A stretch of 64,000 nt of DNA from an uncultured virus (IMG/VR IMGVR_UViG_2061766007_000285) (taxonomy: Duplodnaviria; Heunggongvirae; Uroviricota; Caudoviricetes). Below are positions 9,580 to 20,333 of this stretch, in pieces. The notes under the pieces were generated by a model. The model saw only the letters and a list, made by a program, of their open reading frames with translations. It searched no databases and was not told the origin of the DNA. Location: IMG/VR virus record IMGVR_UViG_2061766007_000285; one strand, written 5' to 3'. A program made the position numbers and the translations under genes. Position 1 is the stretch's first letter. Every line of letters begins with the position of its first letter.

Positions 9580-10683
9580 ATGAATGAAAAACTCACTTCA
9601 CTTTTCGGCGAACTGACCCGCAATGTGCAGGTTCGCTTTGACACGGCCACCGAGCTGAACAAGCGTTTGTTCGACAATGTCATCTTCGAGCGTTTCCTTG
9701 ATTGGGATGTGCCGAGCATCGGCCTGAACTTCGAGGAATTGATTGGTCAGTACAACATCACCATCGCCGCCCCGACCATCGGCACCGATGCAAAGGAGGC
9801 CATTTTGGGGACTGAAGGCTTGGAAACCCTCAAGGAGACCTTGCTGAACCATGCCCTGACCAAGCCGATGACCATTCAGGACTATCGTAAGGTGCTGGCC
9901 ATTTTGGATTCCAAGTCGCTGCCTGACAAGGCGAAGTCGGAGCAACTCATCAAACTGATGTGGGGCGATGTCTCGACCGTGACCGGCGGCGTGCTGGGCA
10001 AGCTGGATATGATTTTCCTTGGTGCCATGTCGAACGAGGGCAAGTTCACCCTCGATGAGACCACCAACCCTGAAGGCGGTGCCCGTGGACTGATTGACTA
10101 CAACCAGCCCGCCGACAACATCGCCACCGCAACGACCCCGTGGATTGACGACAACCTTGAAACGGTGGATTGCTTTGACGACATTCAGGGAATCATCGAT
10201 GCCGCCCAAGACAAGGTCGTTTTCAAGACCATCCTTTGCGCCCCCGCCATTATCTCCTACATCTGCCGTTCCAAGAAAATCAAGCAGATGGTTTGGGGTA
10301 CTGACAAGTCCGCAAGAATGGTGCAGATGGCCGACCTGAACGCCTACATGACCGCCAACGGCTTCCCCGTGTTTGAGCCTATCCGCCGTCAGGTTCGCAT
10401 TCAGAACGGCACCCAGCGCACTCCTTACAGCCCGTGGAATGTCAAGAATATGGTCTTCATCCCTGACGGCAAGTTGGGCATCGTGAAGAACGCTTGGGCT
10501 AACAACGAGCTGAAGCCCGAACCTGGGGTCGCCTATTCCAACTACGGCCGCATCCGCGTGTCGCAGTGGGGTGTCGGCGAGACCCAAGGCAGCAATGGCG
10601 TGGAGTTCACCAAGGCCGAGGTCTTGGCGTTGCCCGTCATCACCGAAATGAACGGTATCTACACCCTCAAAACCCGCACCTAA
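9580..10683 (+). CDS. Major capsid protein (lambda gpE-like)
   Basis: 367 aa; position and composition (IDYNQPADN, NMVFIPDGKLG, KAEVLALPVI). Confidence 0.8.
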   Translation: MNEKLTSLFGELTRNVQVRFDTATELNKRLFDNVIFERFLDWDVPSIGLNFEELIGQYNITIAAPTIGTDAKEAILGTEGLETLKETLLNHALTKPMTIQDYRKVLAILDSKSLPDKAKSEQLIKLMWGDVSTVTGGVLGKLDMIFLGAMSNEGKFTLDETTNPEGGARGLIDYNQPADNIATATTPWIDDNLETVDCFDDIQGIIDAAQDKVVFKTILCAPAIISYICRSKKIKQMVWGTDKSARMVQMADLNAYMTANGFPVFEPIRRQVRIQNGTQRTPYSPWNVKNMVFIPDGKLGIVKNAWANNELKPEPGVAYSNYGRIRVSQWGVGETQGSNGVEFTKAEVLALPVITEMNGIYTLKTRT

Positions 10684-10686
10684 CCC

Positions 10687-11019
10687 ATGAACAACGCATT
10701 AGCATTGAGGAATTTGTGTAACGCTATGGCGAACACGTTCTACCCTGACCAAGGCACCATCGAGCTTGCCCTTTTCAATGAGGGCATTGACGCGGCGGCG
10801 GAGGCCACCCCGAAAGACCCTGAAATCTTCAAGGTGGCCGTGTCGCTGGTGATGGGCTATGTGGAAGGTAGCCGCAACGAGAACGGCGTTTCCACATCGG
10901 TAAGGGATGAGGCCGTGAAGGAAAGCATCCGCTATTGGTGCAACATCTACGGCCTCGATGCTGATGAGGTGTTGGGTGACTACATGCGTGTTATTGAGGA
11001 TTGTTCTCAAAGATGGTAG
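10687..11019 (+). CDS. Head-tail adaptor (putative)
   Basis: 110 aa after capsid; SRNENGVSTS motif. Confidence 0.6.
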   Translation: MNNALALRNLCNAMANTFYPDQGTIELALFNEGIDAAAEATPKDPEIFKVAVSLVMGYVEGSRNENGVSTSVRDEAVKESIRYWCNIYGLDADEVLGDYMRVIEDCSQRW

Positions 11020-11228
11020 CGGTATGAGGTACAACGGAAGCCTGAAATGTCAGACCCTGACCGGAAACGAGCAGATGAACGAGTACGGGGAACCCGTGGC
11101 GGCGCAAGTGTCGTGGGGCGACCCCGTGCCTTGTTCAATCAAGACCAACAGCGACACCCGAAAAGGAAAGTATGAGNNNNNNNNNNTTTGCGCGTTGTCG
11201 AGGATTGTTCTCAAAGATGGTAAGCGGC

Positions 11229-11533
11229 ATGAGGTACAACGGAACACTGAAATATCAGACCCTGACCGAAAACGAGCAGGTGAACGAGTACGGGGAACCC
11301 GTGGCGGCGCAAGTGTCATGGAGCGACCCATTGCCTTGTTCAATCAAGACCAACAGCGACACCCGAAAAGGAAAGTATGAGGACGGCGAGTTCCGCCATG
11401 CCTCGTTCACGGTGCTGATTGAGTACCGTGAAGGCTTCGCCGCCGAGAGGGTGAAGCTGGAACGCCTTGGAGAGGACTTGGGTGAGTTCCAGGTGATTTC
11501 CGTTGAACCTCTTACCACTGTCGGACGGATTCA
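11229..11533 (+). CDS. Head closure protein (putative; duplicate allele fragment at 11024-11176)
   Basis: MRYNGTLKYQ..NEYGEPV..WSDPLPCSI; synteny. Confidence 0.55.
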
Positions 11534-11681
11534 NNNNNNNNNNCAAGTCAACCGCGCCCTGCTGAACCGCAAGGAGGAGCTTGAGAGGTTGCTCATCAAG
11601 CGTTTCACCATGATTGGCGAGGAATGCGTGAGGATAGCCCGCGACCCCCACCCAGNNNNNNNNNNGATCATCGTGTGAGGA

Positions 11682-12182
11682 ATGGCAAAGTCGGTCACAT
11701 ACAGCAGCAAGTACAAGGGCGTGGTGGTGAGCACCACCGACTTCAAGAAAGTCAACCGCGCCCTGCTGAACCGCAAGGAGGAGCTGGAGCGCGTACTCGT
11801 CAAGCGTTTCACCATGATTGGCGAGGAATGCGTGAGGATAGCCCGCGAACCACACCCAGGCGACTGGGGCGATGTGACGGGCAACCTTCGCAGCTCCATC
11901 GGCTATGTGGTGCTGAAGGACGGCCAGCCCGTGGTTGAGGGCGCATCGAAGCAGTACAGCGGGCCGAAGGGTGACGGGTCGAACGGACCCGCCGCCGCCA
12001 AGGCTTTGCTGAACCAGCTTCAGGCGAAGTTCCCAACGGGCATCGTGCTGATAGTGTGTGCCGGGATGAACTATGCCGCATACGTTGAGAATGTCCGTCA
12101 CAAGGACGTGCTCACCACGGCCGAGTTGCTGATGGAGAGCCTTGTAAGGAATCATCTAATAAATAGGGGCATCGTGAAATGA
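11682..12182 (+). CDS. HK97 gp10-like neck/tail completion protein
   Basis: DVTGNLRSSIGY and AGMNYAAYVE motifs. Confidence 0.75.
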   Translation: MAKSVTYSSKYKGVVVSTTDFKKVNRALLNRKEELERVLVKRFTMIGEECVRIAREPHPGDWGDVTGNLRSSIGYVVLKDGQPVVEGASKQYSGPKGDGSNGPAAAKALLNQLQAKFPTGIVLIVCAGMNYAAYVENVRHKDVLTTAELLMESLVRNHLINRGIVK

Positions 12183-12595
12183 GCGGAATAAAGACGGAAA
12201 AGCAGGTCGAGCGGGATTTCTACACCTTCATCCGTGAAAGTGTGTTGGGTCAGGGAATCAGGGGGACGGTGTACCGCCCCAATATGAGACCCGCCAATGC
12301 CAAGACGGAGGATTTGGTGGTGAAGTTCCTTGCCGGCCTTGACGAACAAATCCAAAGCGGCGTGGTGATTATCAATATCTATGTGCCTGACATCCCCTTT
12401 GGGAATGACGGGCGCAAGGTTGAGGACTTGACCCGCGTGGATGAGTTGGAGAAAATGATACGTCAGTTCGTTGACGACAACGATAACACCGAGTATTGGA
12501 TGCAGACTGACGGCACCCCGCGCTCGACCGAGGTTGAGAACATCGAGCAACATTTGATTTACGCAAGAATTAAGTTTAACCGATTAGCACAATAA
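12179..12595 (+). CDS. Tail terminator protein (putative)
   Basis: 138 aa; INIYVPD; precedes tail tube. Confidence 0.6.
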   Translation: MSGIKTEKQVERDFYTFIRESVLGQGIRGTVYRPNMRPANAKTEDLVVKFLAGLDEQIQSGVVIINIYVPDIPFGNDGRKVEDLTRVDELEKMIRQFVDDNDNTEYWMQTDGTPRSTEVENIEQHLIYARIKFNRLAQ

Positions 12596-12599
12596 TACT

Positions 12600-13313
12600 A
12601 TGAGTAAAGTTATCATGTCATGGTCGAAGTGCAAGATTGAGGTCGGCAAGACTGGCGCGAATGACGCTATGGCCGTCTCCCTGACCTCGGTAGGCACTAT
12701 CAAAGACAAGTCCACCTCTCTCAATTCAGAGGATGGTGAAACGCTTACTGCAACGGCGACCGGCGGCATCGTGGTCGCCGAGGAAGAAGGCGAACCCGCT
12801 ATCAACATCACCACCCGCATTATGGAAATGCCCTTCTCCGTTGAAACCATGTTCACGGGCGCGGTCGCAAGCGAGACCGCCGCTGTTCAGGCTGGTTACT
12901 ACGATGCCACCTCGGGCGATGAGGGCGCGTTGCTGATTGTCAGCAATGAATCGACCCCGTCAACGGGCGAAATCAAGTTGAGCGCGGTCACTCCTTATCG
13001 CGGCAACAAGGGCAATTCCCTTGCCGCTGGCGATTATGTGGTTTTGAGGTCGGCAACGGAGGAAAGTTCCGAACTGACCGTGAAGACGAATGTCGTTTCC
13101 GATGAGTTCTCGGTCAAGCTGACCCCGAAAAATATCGGAGCCATCGGCATCAAGGCGCGTAAGACCCATGTTTCGTTCCGTCCTGGCCATTCAGAGGAGG
13201 AAGGCTCCTACGTGGACTTGACCTTCAAAATCCTTGCTTGCGAGGATGGCGAACTTTATAAGAAGTTCAAGGTCAAGGCTACTGATTGGCCAATCGTCCA
13301 AGCTGGCAGCTAA
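12600..13313 (+). CDS. Major tail tube protein
   Basis: 237 aa beta-rich protein; synteny before chaperones and tape measure. Confidence 0.7.
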   Translation: MSKVIMSWSKCKIEVGKTGANDAMAVSLTSVGTIKDKSTSLNSEDGETLTATATGGIVVAEEEGEPAINITTRIMEMPFSVETMFTGAVASETAAVQAGYYDATSGDEGALLIVSNESTPSTGEIKLSAVTPYRGNKGNSLAAGDYVVLRSATEESSELTVKTNVVSDEFSVKLTPKNIGAIGIKARKTHVSFRPGHSEEEGSYVDLTFKILACEDGELYKKFKVKATDWPIVQAGS

Positions 13314-13406
13314 CAACGAGCTGTATCATTTTCATGTTGAAATAATTTGATTTGGCGTGTGGAATTAGACACCCTTTTGCTGGTAGGTAGGAGAAACCAG
13401 CACAAC

Positions 13407-13479
13407 AGCGGGATGGAGCAGTAGGCAGCTCGTCGGACTCATAATCCGAAGGTCGGGGGTTCAAGTCCCTCTCCCGCTA
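13407..13479 (+). tRNA. tRNA with CAU anticodon (Met, initiator-like scaffold)
   Basis: Full cloverleaf: AGCGGGA/TCCCGCT, GAGC/GCTC, TCGGA-CTCATAA-TCCGA, GGGGG-TTCAAGT-CCCTC. Confidence 0.92.
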
Positions 13480-13499
13480 CCCATCAAATTCATACCACA

Positions 13500-14015
13500 A
13501 TGGAACGCACCATCGAGCAGCGGGTGGCGGCTGCGATACTTGAAAAGGCCACCGACAGCATAGAGATTGGCGGCGAGGTCTATCCGCTGGGCGACCCGTG
13601 TACGGCCACGCTGGTTCTCGTTTCCGAACTGATTTCAACCATGCCCATCGTGGATAAGAAGGTGCCGAAGGAACAAATCGTTTATTCGGTGCTTCACTAT
13701 GCCAAGGATTTCAAGACGCTGGGCGAGTTGTGCGCAATCCTGATACTCGGCGCGGGTCATTTGACCGAGGAACGGGAGATTACCGAATATGAGCGTTTCT
13801 GCGGAGTTTTCAGGCGCAAGGTGGTGCGTAAGGTTGTCATCGACAAAAAAGCCCTCCTTGCGCGTGAAATCAGCCTCAACATGCGTCCTTCCGTGATGTT
13901 CAACTGCATCATCCAGCGGTTGCAGGATATGGAGGTGGCGCATTTTTTCTCCATTATCACTTCCCTATCCGAGGCAAACATCCTAAAGCCGACAAGGGAA
14001 GTGGAAAATCCCTGA
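13500..14015 (+). CDS. Tail assembly chaperone
   Basis: Between tail tube and tape measure. Confidence 0.65.
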   Translation: MERTIEQRVAAAILEKATDSIEIGGEVYPLGDPCTATLVLVSELISTMPIVDKKVPKEQIVYSVLHYAKDFKTLGELCAILILGAGHLTEEREITEYERFCGVFRRKVVRKVVIDKKALLAREISLNMRPSVMFNCIIQRLQDMEVAHFFSIITSLSEANILKPTREVENP

Positions 14016-14251
14016 ATGACAGCATTTGGGCTACCGTCCTCGGAATTGCGAAGATGTTCGGATTGACGGCAAGGGAGGCGTTGTACGACATCAGCTATAA
14101 GAACGCCATCATGTATTCAAGGGCAATGCCGATGCCGAATGACGAGACGGAGGATGATTCGCCGCTGTATGACGACAGCCTCGATGCCAACAATCCCGAC
14201 AATTTCAACAAATTCAACGACTTTGAAGACGAGGAGGTAGTAAGAGCATGA
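14012..14251 (+). CDS. Tail assembly chaperone C-terminal (gpT-like) frame; ATG at 14054 or -1 frameshift product
   Basis: -1 frame open across the upstream stop (LNDSIWATVLGIAKMFG...). Confidence 0.5.
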   Translation: MNDSIWATVLGIAKMFGLTAREALYDISYKNAIMYSRAMPMPNDETEDDSPLYDDSLDANNPDNFNKFNDFEDEEVVRA

Positions 14252-17200
14252 ACACAGACGGCAACATTGACGGCACCTTGAGTTTCGGAACCGCATTGGA
14301 CACCAGCGGTTTCGATGAGGGGTCAAAACAATTGGAAGATAAGATTGCGGAGATTGGCGCAAAGGCCGAATCCGAAAGCGCAAGAATCAAAGAGGCCTTC
14401 GCCGATGTGCCGAAGGTCAACATTGATTTTGTCACCAACGCGGCTGAATCATTGCAGACGATTGATGATGCCTTTGCGGAGATTGATAGAGTGGTCGAGA
14501 CCAACAAGAGCCAAATCCGCGACCTTGAAACCGAGTACCAAAGACTTTCCCAAGCAAGCGGGAAAGCGATGATGACCGGCGCGGACAAAGAGGCGGCGCA
14601 AATCCAGCAGGACATGCGGGCTATCAAGGAACTTATCAAAGCCCGAAAGGATGCCATCAAGTACGCCGAAAAGACGGCGGATGAACTCTTGAAGGTCGAG
14701 CAGAAGTTGAAGGATGAAGCCGCTGCCGCCGCCAAGGTTGAGACCTCGAATGTTTCCCTGAAAACCAAGCTGCGTGAATTGACCATGCAACTTGTGGAGC
14801 TTGAAAGGGCTGGGAAACGCGGGACGGAGGAATTTCAGGCCATACAAAAAGAAGCGGCCGATTTGAGAGACCGCATTGCCGATGCCCAAGCCCAAGTCAA
14901 TATCCTTTCCAACGACCAAGCCGGATTCAAGGGTATGCTCTCGGTGATGAGCGGCGTGTCGGGAGGCTTTACCGCCCTGACGGGTGTTATGAGCCTATTC
15001 GGTGATGAGAACGAGGATTTGCAGAAGGTTATGACGAAGCTGCAAAGCGTGATGGCAATCACTATGGGCTTGCAGCAGGTTCAGGAAATGCTGAATAAGG
15101 ATTCGGCGGCTTCTTTGGTGGTGCTGAACGGCCTGAAAGAATGGTGGAATAAAATCACCATCGAGGCCACGGGTGTGCAGACCGCCGAGGCTGCGGCCAC
15201 CACCCTGAATGCGGAGGCCGTGGCGGCTGAAACCGTTGCGGAGGAAACCAACGCGGCGGCAAAGACCGCCAACATTGCGACCACCAATGCCGAGACCCTT
15301 GCCGATACCGCCCAAGCTGCGGCATCGGGTGAGGCTGCGGGTGCAGAGGTGATGCAGACGGGGGCTATCGTGGCAGAGACGGGGGCGGCGACCGCTGGTA
15401 CTGCGGCGAATTGGACGCTTGCGGCGGCTTTCAGGGCTGTGGCAGCGGCCATCAAGTCAATCCCCGTCATCGGCTGGATTCTTGCGGGTATCAGTGCCTT
15501 GATTGCCATTGTTTCGACCCTGACGGAAACGGAAGAGGAAAACACCGAGGCCATCGAGGAAAACAAGGAGAAAATCAAGCAGCAGATTGAGGCCTACAAC
15601 GCCCGTGAGCGGGTGATGAAAGAAGCGGCCTCCCTTTCGGCCAAGGAAAAGGCGCAGATTGAGACCCTTTCGGCTATCATCCACGACAATACGGCCGAGT
15701 TGGAGGATAGGAGAAAAGCCCTTCAGGAACTTAACCGTATCATCCCTGAATACAACGGCCTTTTGTCGGATGAGGGCGTTTTGACCGCCGAGAATACCCA
15801 AGCCGTTGAAGATTACATTGCCTCCTTGGATAGGCTGGCAATGGCCAAGGCTTTGCAGAACGAGCTTGAAAAGCTATCCCAAAAGGATGTCGAGAATAGA
15901 ATCAGGCAAAGGAAAGCACAGCGCAAGGTCGATGAACTTGAAGGGTACCAATACTATGACCCTTGGAGCCAAATGCAAAGCGCATACGGCGGCGGGTCGG
16001 TCGCCGAGATTGAGGCATCAATGCAACATGCCCAAGAACGGCAGTTGAAGTTGGCTATGGATTGGGGCGTGAACTCAATGCAGGATTTGGAGGATGTGCT
16101 TACGGAGGCCAAACAAGAGGTGACGGCCGCACAAAAGGAGGCCACCGAAATCTCCGAAGACAAGGCAGACCTCATGCAGATGATGAAGGATGAGAATTTG
16201 CAGGGCGACATCACCTCGACCATCATTGAGCCTGACAAAAACAACAATACCACCCCGTTTGACGCGAAGGGTGCCGCCCTTCAGCAGAAACAAGCCTTGG
16301 ACGAATGGCAAGCCGCCGTAAGGAAATACATACAAGGCGCAGAGGATGCCATCGGCGACTTCACCCTGAATGCTATGGCCGAAAACCAAGCGAAGCAACT
16401 TGCCCAAATAGATGCCAATGCCGAGGAATTGAAGCGGGATTGGATTGACAAGTTGCGTGGCCTTGCGGAGGTCAGGCTTCGCGCCGAAAAGCAAATCTAC
16501 ATGGCGCAAGAGGGGGCTACCGAAGTGGGCTGGGCTGAAAAGAACGGCAACAAGTCGGAGGATGAAATGGTGGCTGAATATGCCACCGCCTTACTCCAGC
16601 AAAAGGAAATCAAAGAGGAATTTGATGCCGTGATGAACGCAATCGAGGAAAAGAGGTTGCGGGAAAGAGCGGCTTTGCAGCAACAATATACGGATGCGCT
16701 GATTGATGACTACGGCACAACCGCCCAAAAGATAGAGAAATTGCAGCGTGAATGGAGCCAAAGAATCGCCATGTTGCCCGCTGAATTTGTGGGCGAGGCC
16801 ACAAGGCAGATGGAAAACGAATTGGCATCGGTCAGGTCGGAGCAATTCAAGGATTTGATTGATTGGGATAGCGTTTTCGGCGACCTTGACAATCAGTCCA
16901 TTCAGTCATTGAGGGCAAATCTCGATAGGATTAGAGCCTATTTCGAGCAGAACAAGGAATCGATGGACACCGAGACCATCAAGGATTTCACCGAGGCCAT
17001 GAAGCAGATGGAGGATGAGATTGCCGACCGCAATCCCTTTGAGGCCATGCACAAGTCGTTGAAGGATATCGGAGCCGCCAAGACTGAACTGATTGCCGCC
17101 CTGAATGAAATGGCCGCTGCCCAGCAGGGATTGACCGAAGCGCAAAACGAGTACAACGCCGCCCAAGAATACTACAACCAACTCCTTGCGGAGGTGCAAA

Positions 17201-18892
17201 ACGGCGACTTAACCGAAGACAGCCAAGAGTTGGTTGATGCCAAGAACGCCGAAGCGGAGGCAGAAAACAAGCTGACCCAAGCCAAGGAAAGGGGCGTGAA
17301 GGCCGAAAACAATGTCATCAGGGGGCGCAATAACCTGACCCAATCTTACCGAAACTTCGCCACACAATTGAAGAATTGCGGCTCGGTGGTGGGTGATGTC
17401 GGCACCAAGGCAAAGAACCTTGCGGCCGTGTTCTCGAAGGATTTGGCCGACAGCATGGAAAAGGGCATCGACTTCATGGATGAGATTATCGATGCCGCTT
17501 CCAATGTCATCAACGCCATTTCGGATGTGGGCAAGGGTGCCGCCACGGGCATTGAGGCCGCTGTGGAGGCATCGGCCACCGGCTCNNNNNNNNNNNNNNN
17601 NNNNNNNNNNNNNNNNAAAGGCATCGGTCATCCTGACCGTCATTTCAGCCGCCTTGCAGGTGGCCACGGCCATTGCCAATCTTTTCAATAGTGATGAGGC
17701 CAAAAATAGGCAAATCGAGAACCTGCAAGGTAGGATTGGGCAATTGCAGTGGGAATTGCAGAATCAGGATGTTATGCGCTTCAACGAGGATTATTTGGAT
17801 TCGTTGGAGCAAGTGCGTACCATACTTGCCGATTCGACTGAATATGCCCGTCAATTCAGCGAGGCATATAAGACGGCATGGGCGGAGGCTCAAGCTGCCT
17901 TGCAAGCATATTACAATAGTGCAGACCCTGAAATGGATAATGCCCTATACATGGAGTATCTCCATAAAAAGGCCATTGCTGAATCCATATTGCAGACCGA
18001 GGCCGAAAATGAGGCCGTTGATAGGATGGTCGATATTTGGGCAGATGTGGACTACGCCTCAACGAGGGCATTAGGCGATGAAAAGTTCAATCATGCAAGG
18101 GAACAAATTGAAAACCTGACAAAGCAGATGGTTTTGGTTCAGGAGCAACTTGAAGCCGAGCAGGACAAAAAGAATCCCGACAAAGAGAAAATCCAAGAGT
18201 ACGAGAACGAGATTAAGGAGTTGGGATTCGATGCTGCCAGCGTTATCCACGACATGATTGATGAAATTGTCGGAAGCACGGCAGAAGAACTTGCCTCTCA
18301 ATTGGGTGATGCCTTCATCGAAGCGGCCAGGCAAGGCGAGGACGCTATGGAGGCGTGGCATCAGAAAGTCAATGACATCGTGGCCGATGTTGTGAAAAAG
18401 ATGCTGATTCAGAAAGTCATCGAGGAGCCGATGGGCAAGCTGTTCAACCAAATGAGGGATAAATGGTTTGACGAAGAAGGAAATTTCTTGGGTGCTCAAG
18501 CGGTGTTGGATTCGTCTCAATTTTTTGCCGATGGTTTGAATGATATAGGAAACCAATTCCAAGCGATTTGGGAAAACCTCCCCGATGACCTGAAAGATTG
18601 GTTTGGTATGGATGAGCGTGAGGCTTCCCAGCGCGGCATCGCCACGGCCTCGCAGGATTCCGTTGATGAGAACAACGCCCGCCTGACCACCATTCAGGGT
18701 CACACCTACAGCCTCGTTCAGGGGCTGGAGGAATTGAACGGGACGGCCAATGAAATCCTCGTCAGGGTGACGGGCATCGAGGCCAACACCACCGAGGCCA
18801 ACAATAAACTCGATAATATGGGCAACCGTGTACGCAACATCGAAAACACGGTTGATGATATACAACGAAACGGAATAAGGATAAGGGGATAA
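14248..18892 (+). CDS. Tape measure protein (one gene interrupted by N gap at 17586-17616)
   Basis: ~1540 aa helical Ala/Glu/Gln-rich; hydrophobic segment IPVIGWILAGISALIAIV. Confidence 0.85.
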
Positions 18893-18896
18893 AGCG

Positions 18897-19382
18897 ATGA
18901 AAGAGATTAAGGATGCACAAGGGCAATGGCTGGAGGCCAAGGCCAAGGCCGCAAGGCTTCAGGAGGGCAAGGGAAACTTCGACCTTGCCGCAAAGTTGAA
19001 CGCCTGCCAAATGTTCAAGGGTGATGAGAGCATCGAGGATTTGGCGGCTTTGATGTTCAGTCCGCAGGGGGTCGAGTTCCTGACCCGCTACAAGTTCCCC
19101 GATTTGGCCGTTTTCCGCAAGTTCAAGAGGTTTTCCCCTGAAAAGTTGGGGGTTTACATAGATGCGGGGCAAATCACCCTGAAAAACCCTGAAAAGGCCT
19201 TTTTGGTGGGCAATACCGTGGCCGTGCTTCAATACGATGAGCTGAAGGCCAAGCGGCTTGTTATGATGCACGGGGCGAAGGCCACCGTTGAGGCTTCGGG
19301 CTGGGCTGTCGTGAGGATTGACACGGATGGCACCTGCAATGTGGATGTGAAAAAGGCTGACCATGCAAAAGTACTGCGATGA
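18897..19382 (+). CDS. Hypothetical tail-region protein
   Basis: 161-aa ORF coupled to next gene. Confidence 0.65.
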   Translation: MKEIKDAQGQWLEAKAKAARLQEGKGNFDLAAKLNACQMFKGDESIEDLAALMFSPQGVEFLTRYKFPDLAVFRKFKRFSPEKLGVYIDAGQITLKNPEKAFLVGNTVAVLQYDELKAKRLVMMHGAKATVEASGWAVVRIDTDGTCNVDVKKADHAKVLR

Positions 19383-20317
19383 TGCAACGACATAAACTAT
19401 ATATCGACAATTTAGACGCGATGACCGAGTACGGGGTCTTTGTCGAGAAAGGCGGCTATAAGCAAGTGATTCAGATGCCTTCTTTCAAGAAGATTGACAC
19501 TACCGACTGGCCTGAATATGACGGCGTGGAGGCCGACCTGACCAGCCCCAATCTTGATACGAGGCAGTTGCAAATCCCGTTTTGTATCGTCAACAAGCGA
19601 TGGGCAGAGGATTTGTTCATCGCCCTTTCCGATGGCGTTTACCATGACTTCTATTTCCGCGAGATTGGCAAGACCTACCGTTTGCGCCTGGTATCAAACG
19701 GAACATTTTCGTCATTCATCAAATTGGGGAAACTGACCCTTACCTTCGCCGATGACTTCCCGTCAATCGGCAAGGCCGACCCTTACGAACTTGGAGAAAC
19801 CGAAGTCACGCAAAGGGGCTATTTGATTGAAGATGTGGATTTGTCGCAGTTCGGCATTTGGGTGCTTCGCGGTACTGACGATTCCATCAGGAAAGCCCCG
19901 AATGTAAGGGGCAACCTGAAAAGGGGAAACAAGATAATGCAGGGCGTTGTATATGACGATGAGGAAGTGCATTTCAAGTCGAAGGATGTCACGCTGAAAC
20001 TACTTATCAACGCGCCCGACCTCACGGAGTTTTGGTATCGGTGGGATGCCTTTTTCCAATGGTTGATTGTGGGCAGCGGCACAAAGACCTTCTATTTCGC
20101 CGGCCTCGAAAGTGAATACGAATGCTTCTACAAAAGCAACTCGGTATCGAGATTCGAGGTATTGCAGCATAATGGGCATGTATGGTGCGAGTTCTCCGTG
20201 GTGCTGACCTTCACGGAATTTGCCTTCAACTCGTCATGGCGGCTGTTGGCTACGGAGTTCGATGATTTGGTGCTGACGGAAGATGCACTTGCCAATATCA
20301 AGATAAGGTTATCATAA
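19379..20317 (+). CDS. Distal tail-like protein (two similar halves)
   Basis: Position after tape measure; DWPEYDGVEADL motif. Confidence 0.6.
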   Translation: MMQRHKLYIDNLDAMTEYGVFVEKGGYKQVIQMPSFKKIDTTDWPEYDGVEADLTSPNLDTRQLQIPFCIVNKRWAEDLFIALSDGVYHDFYFREIGKTYRLRLVSNGTFSSFIKLGKLTLTFADDFPSIGKADPYELGETEVTQRGYLIEDVDLSQFGIWVLRGTDDSIRKAPNVRGNLKRGNKIMQGVVYDDEEVHFKSKDVTLKLLINAPDLTEFWYRWDAFFQWLIVGSGTKTFYFAGLESEYECFYKSNSVSRFEVLQHNGHVWCEFSVVLTFTEFAFNSSWRLLATEFDDLVLTEDALANIKIRLS

Positions 20318-20333
20318 CTAAAACTACAATACT

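Noticed and set aside
9598..10587. Long antisense ORFs (e.g. 329 aa here, 396 aa at 61281-62471)
   Set aside because: Shadows of GC3-biased sense genes with no recognisable motifs
806..11655. Repeated segments in MuF, promoter (7590-7910), scaffold and head-closure genes as real repeats or DGR-like pairs
   Set aside because: Each is flanked by 10-N gaps and the differences are mostly synonymous and not adenine-specific; assembly bubbles
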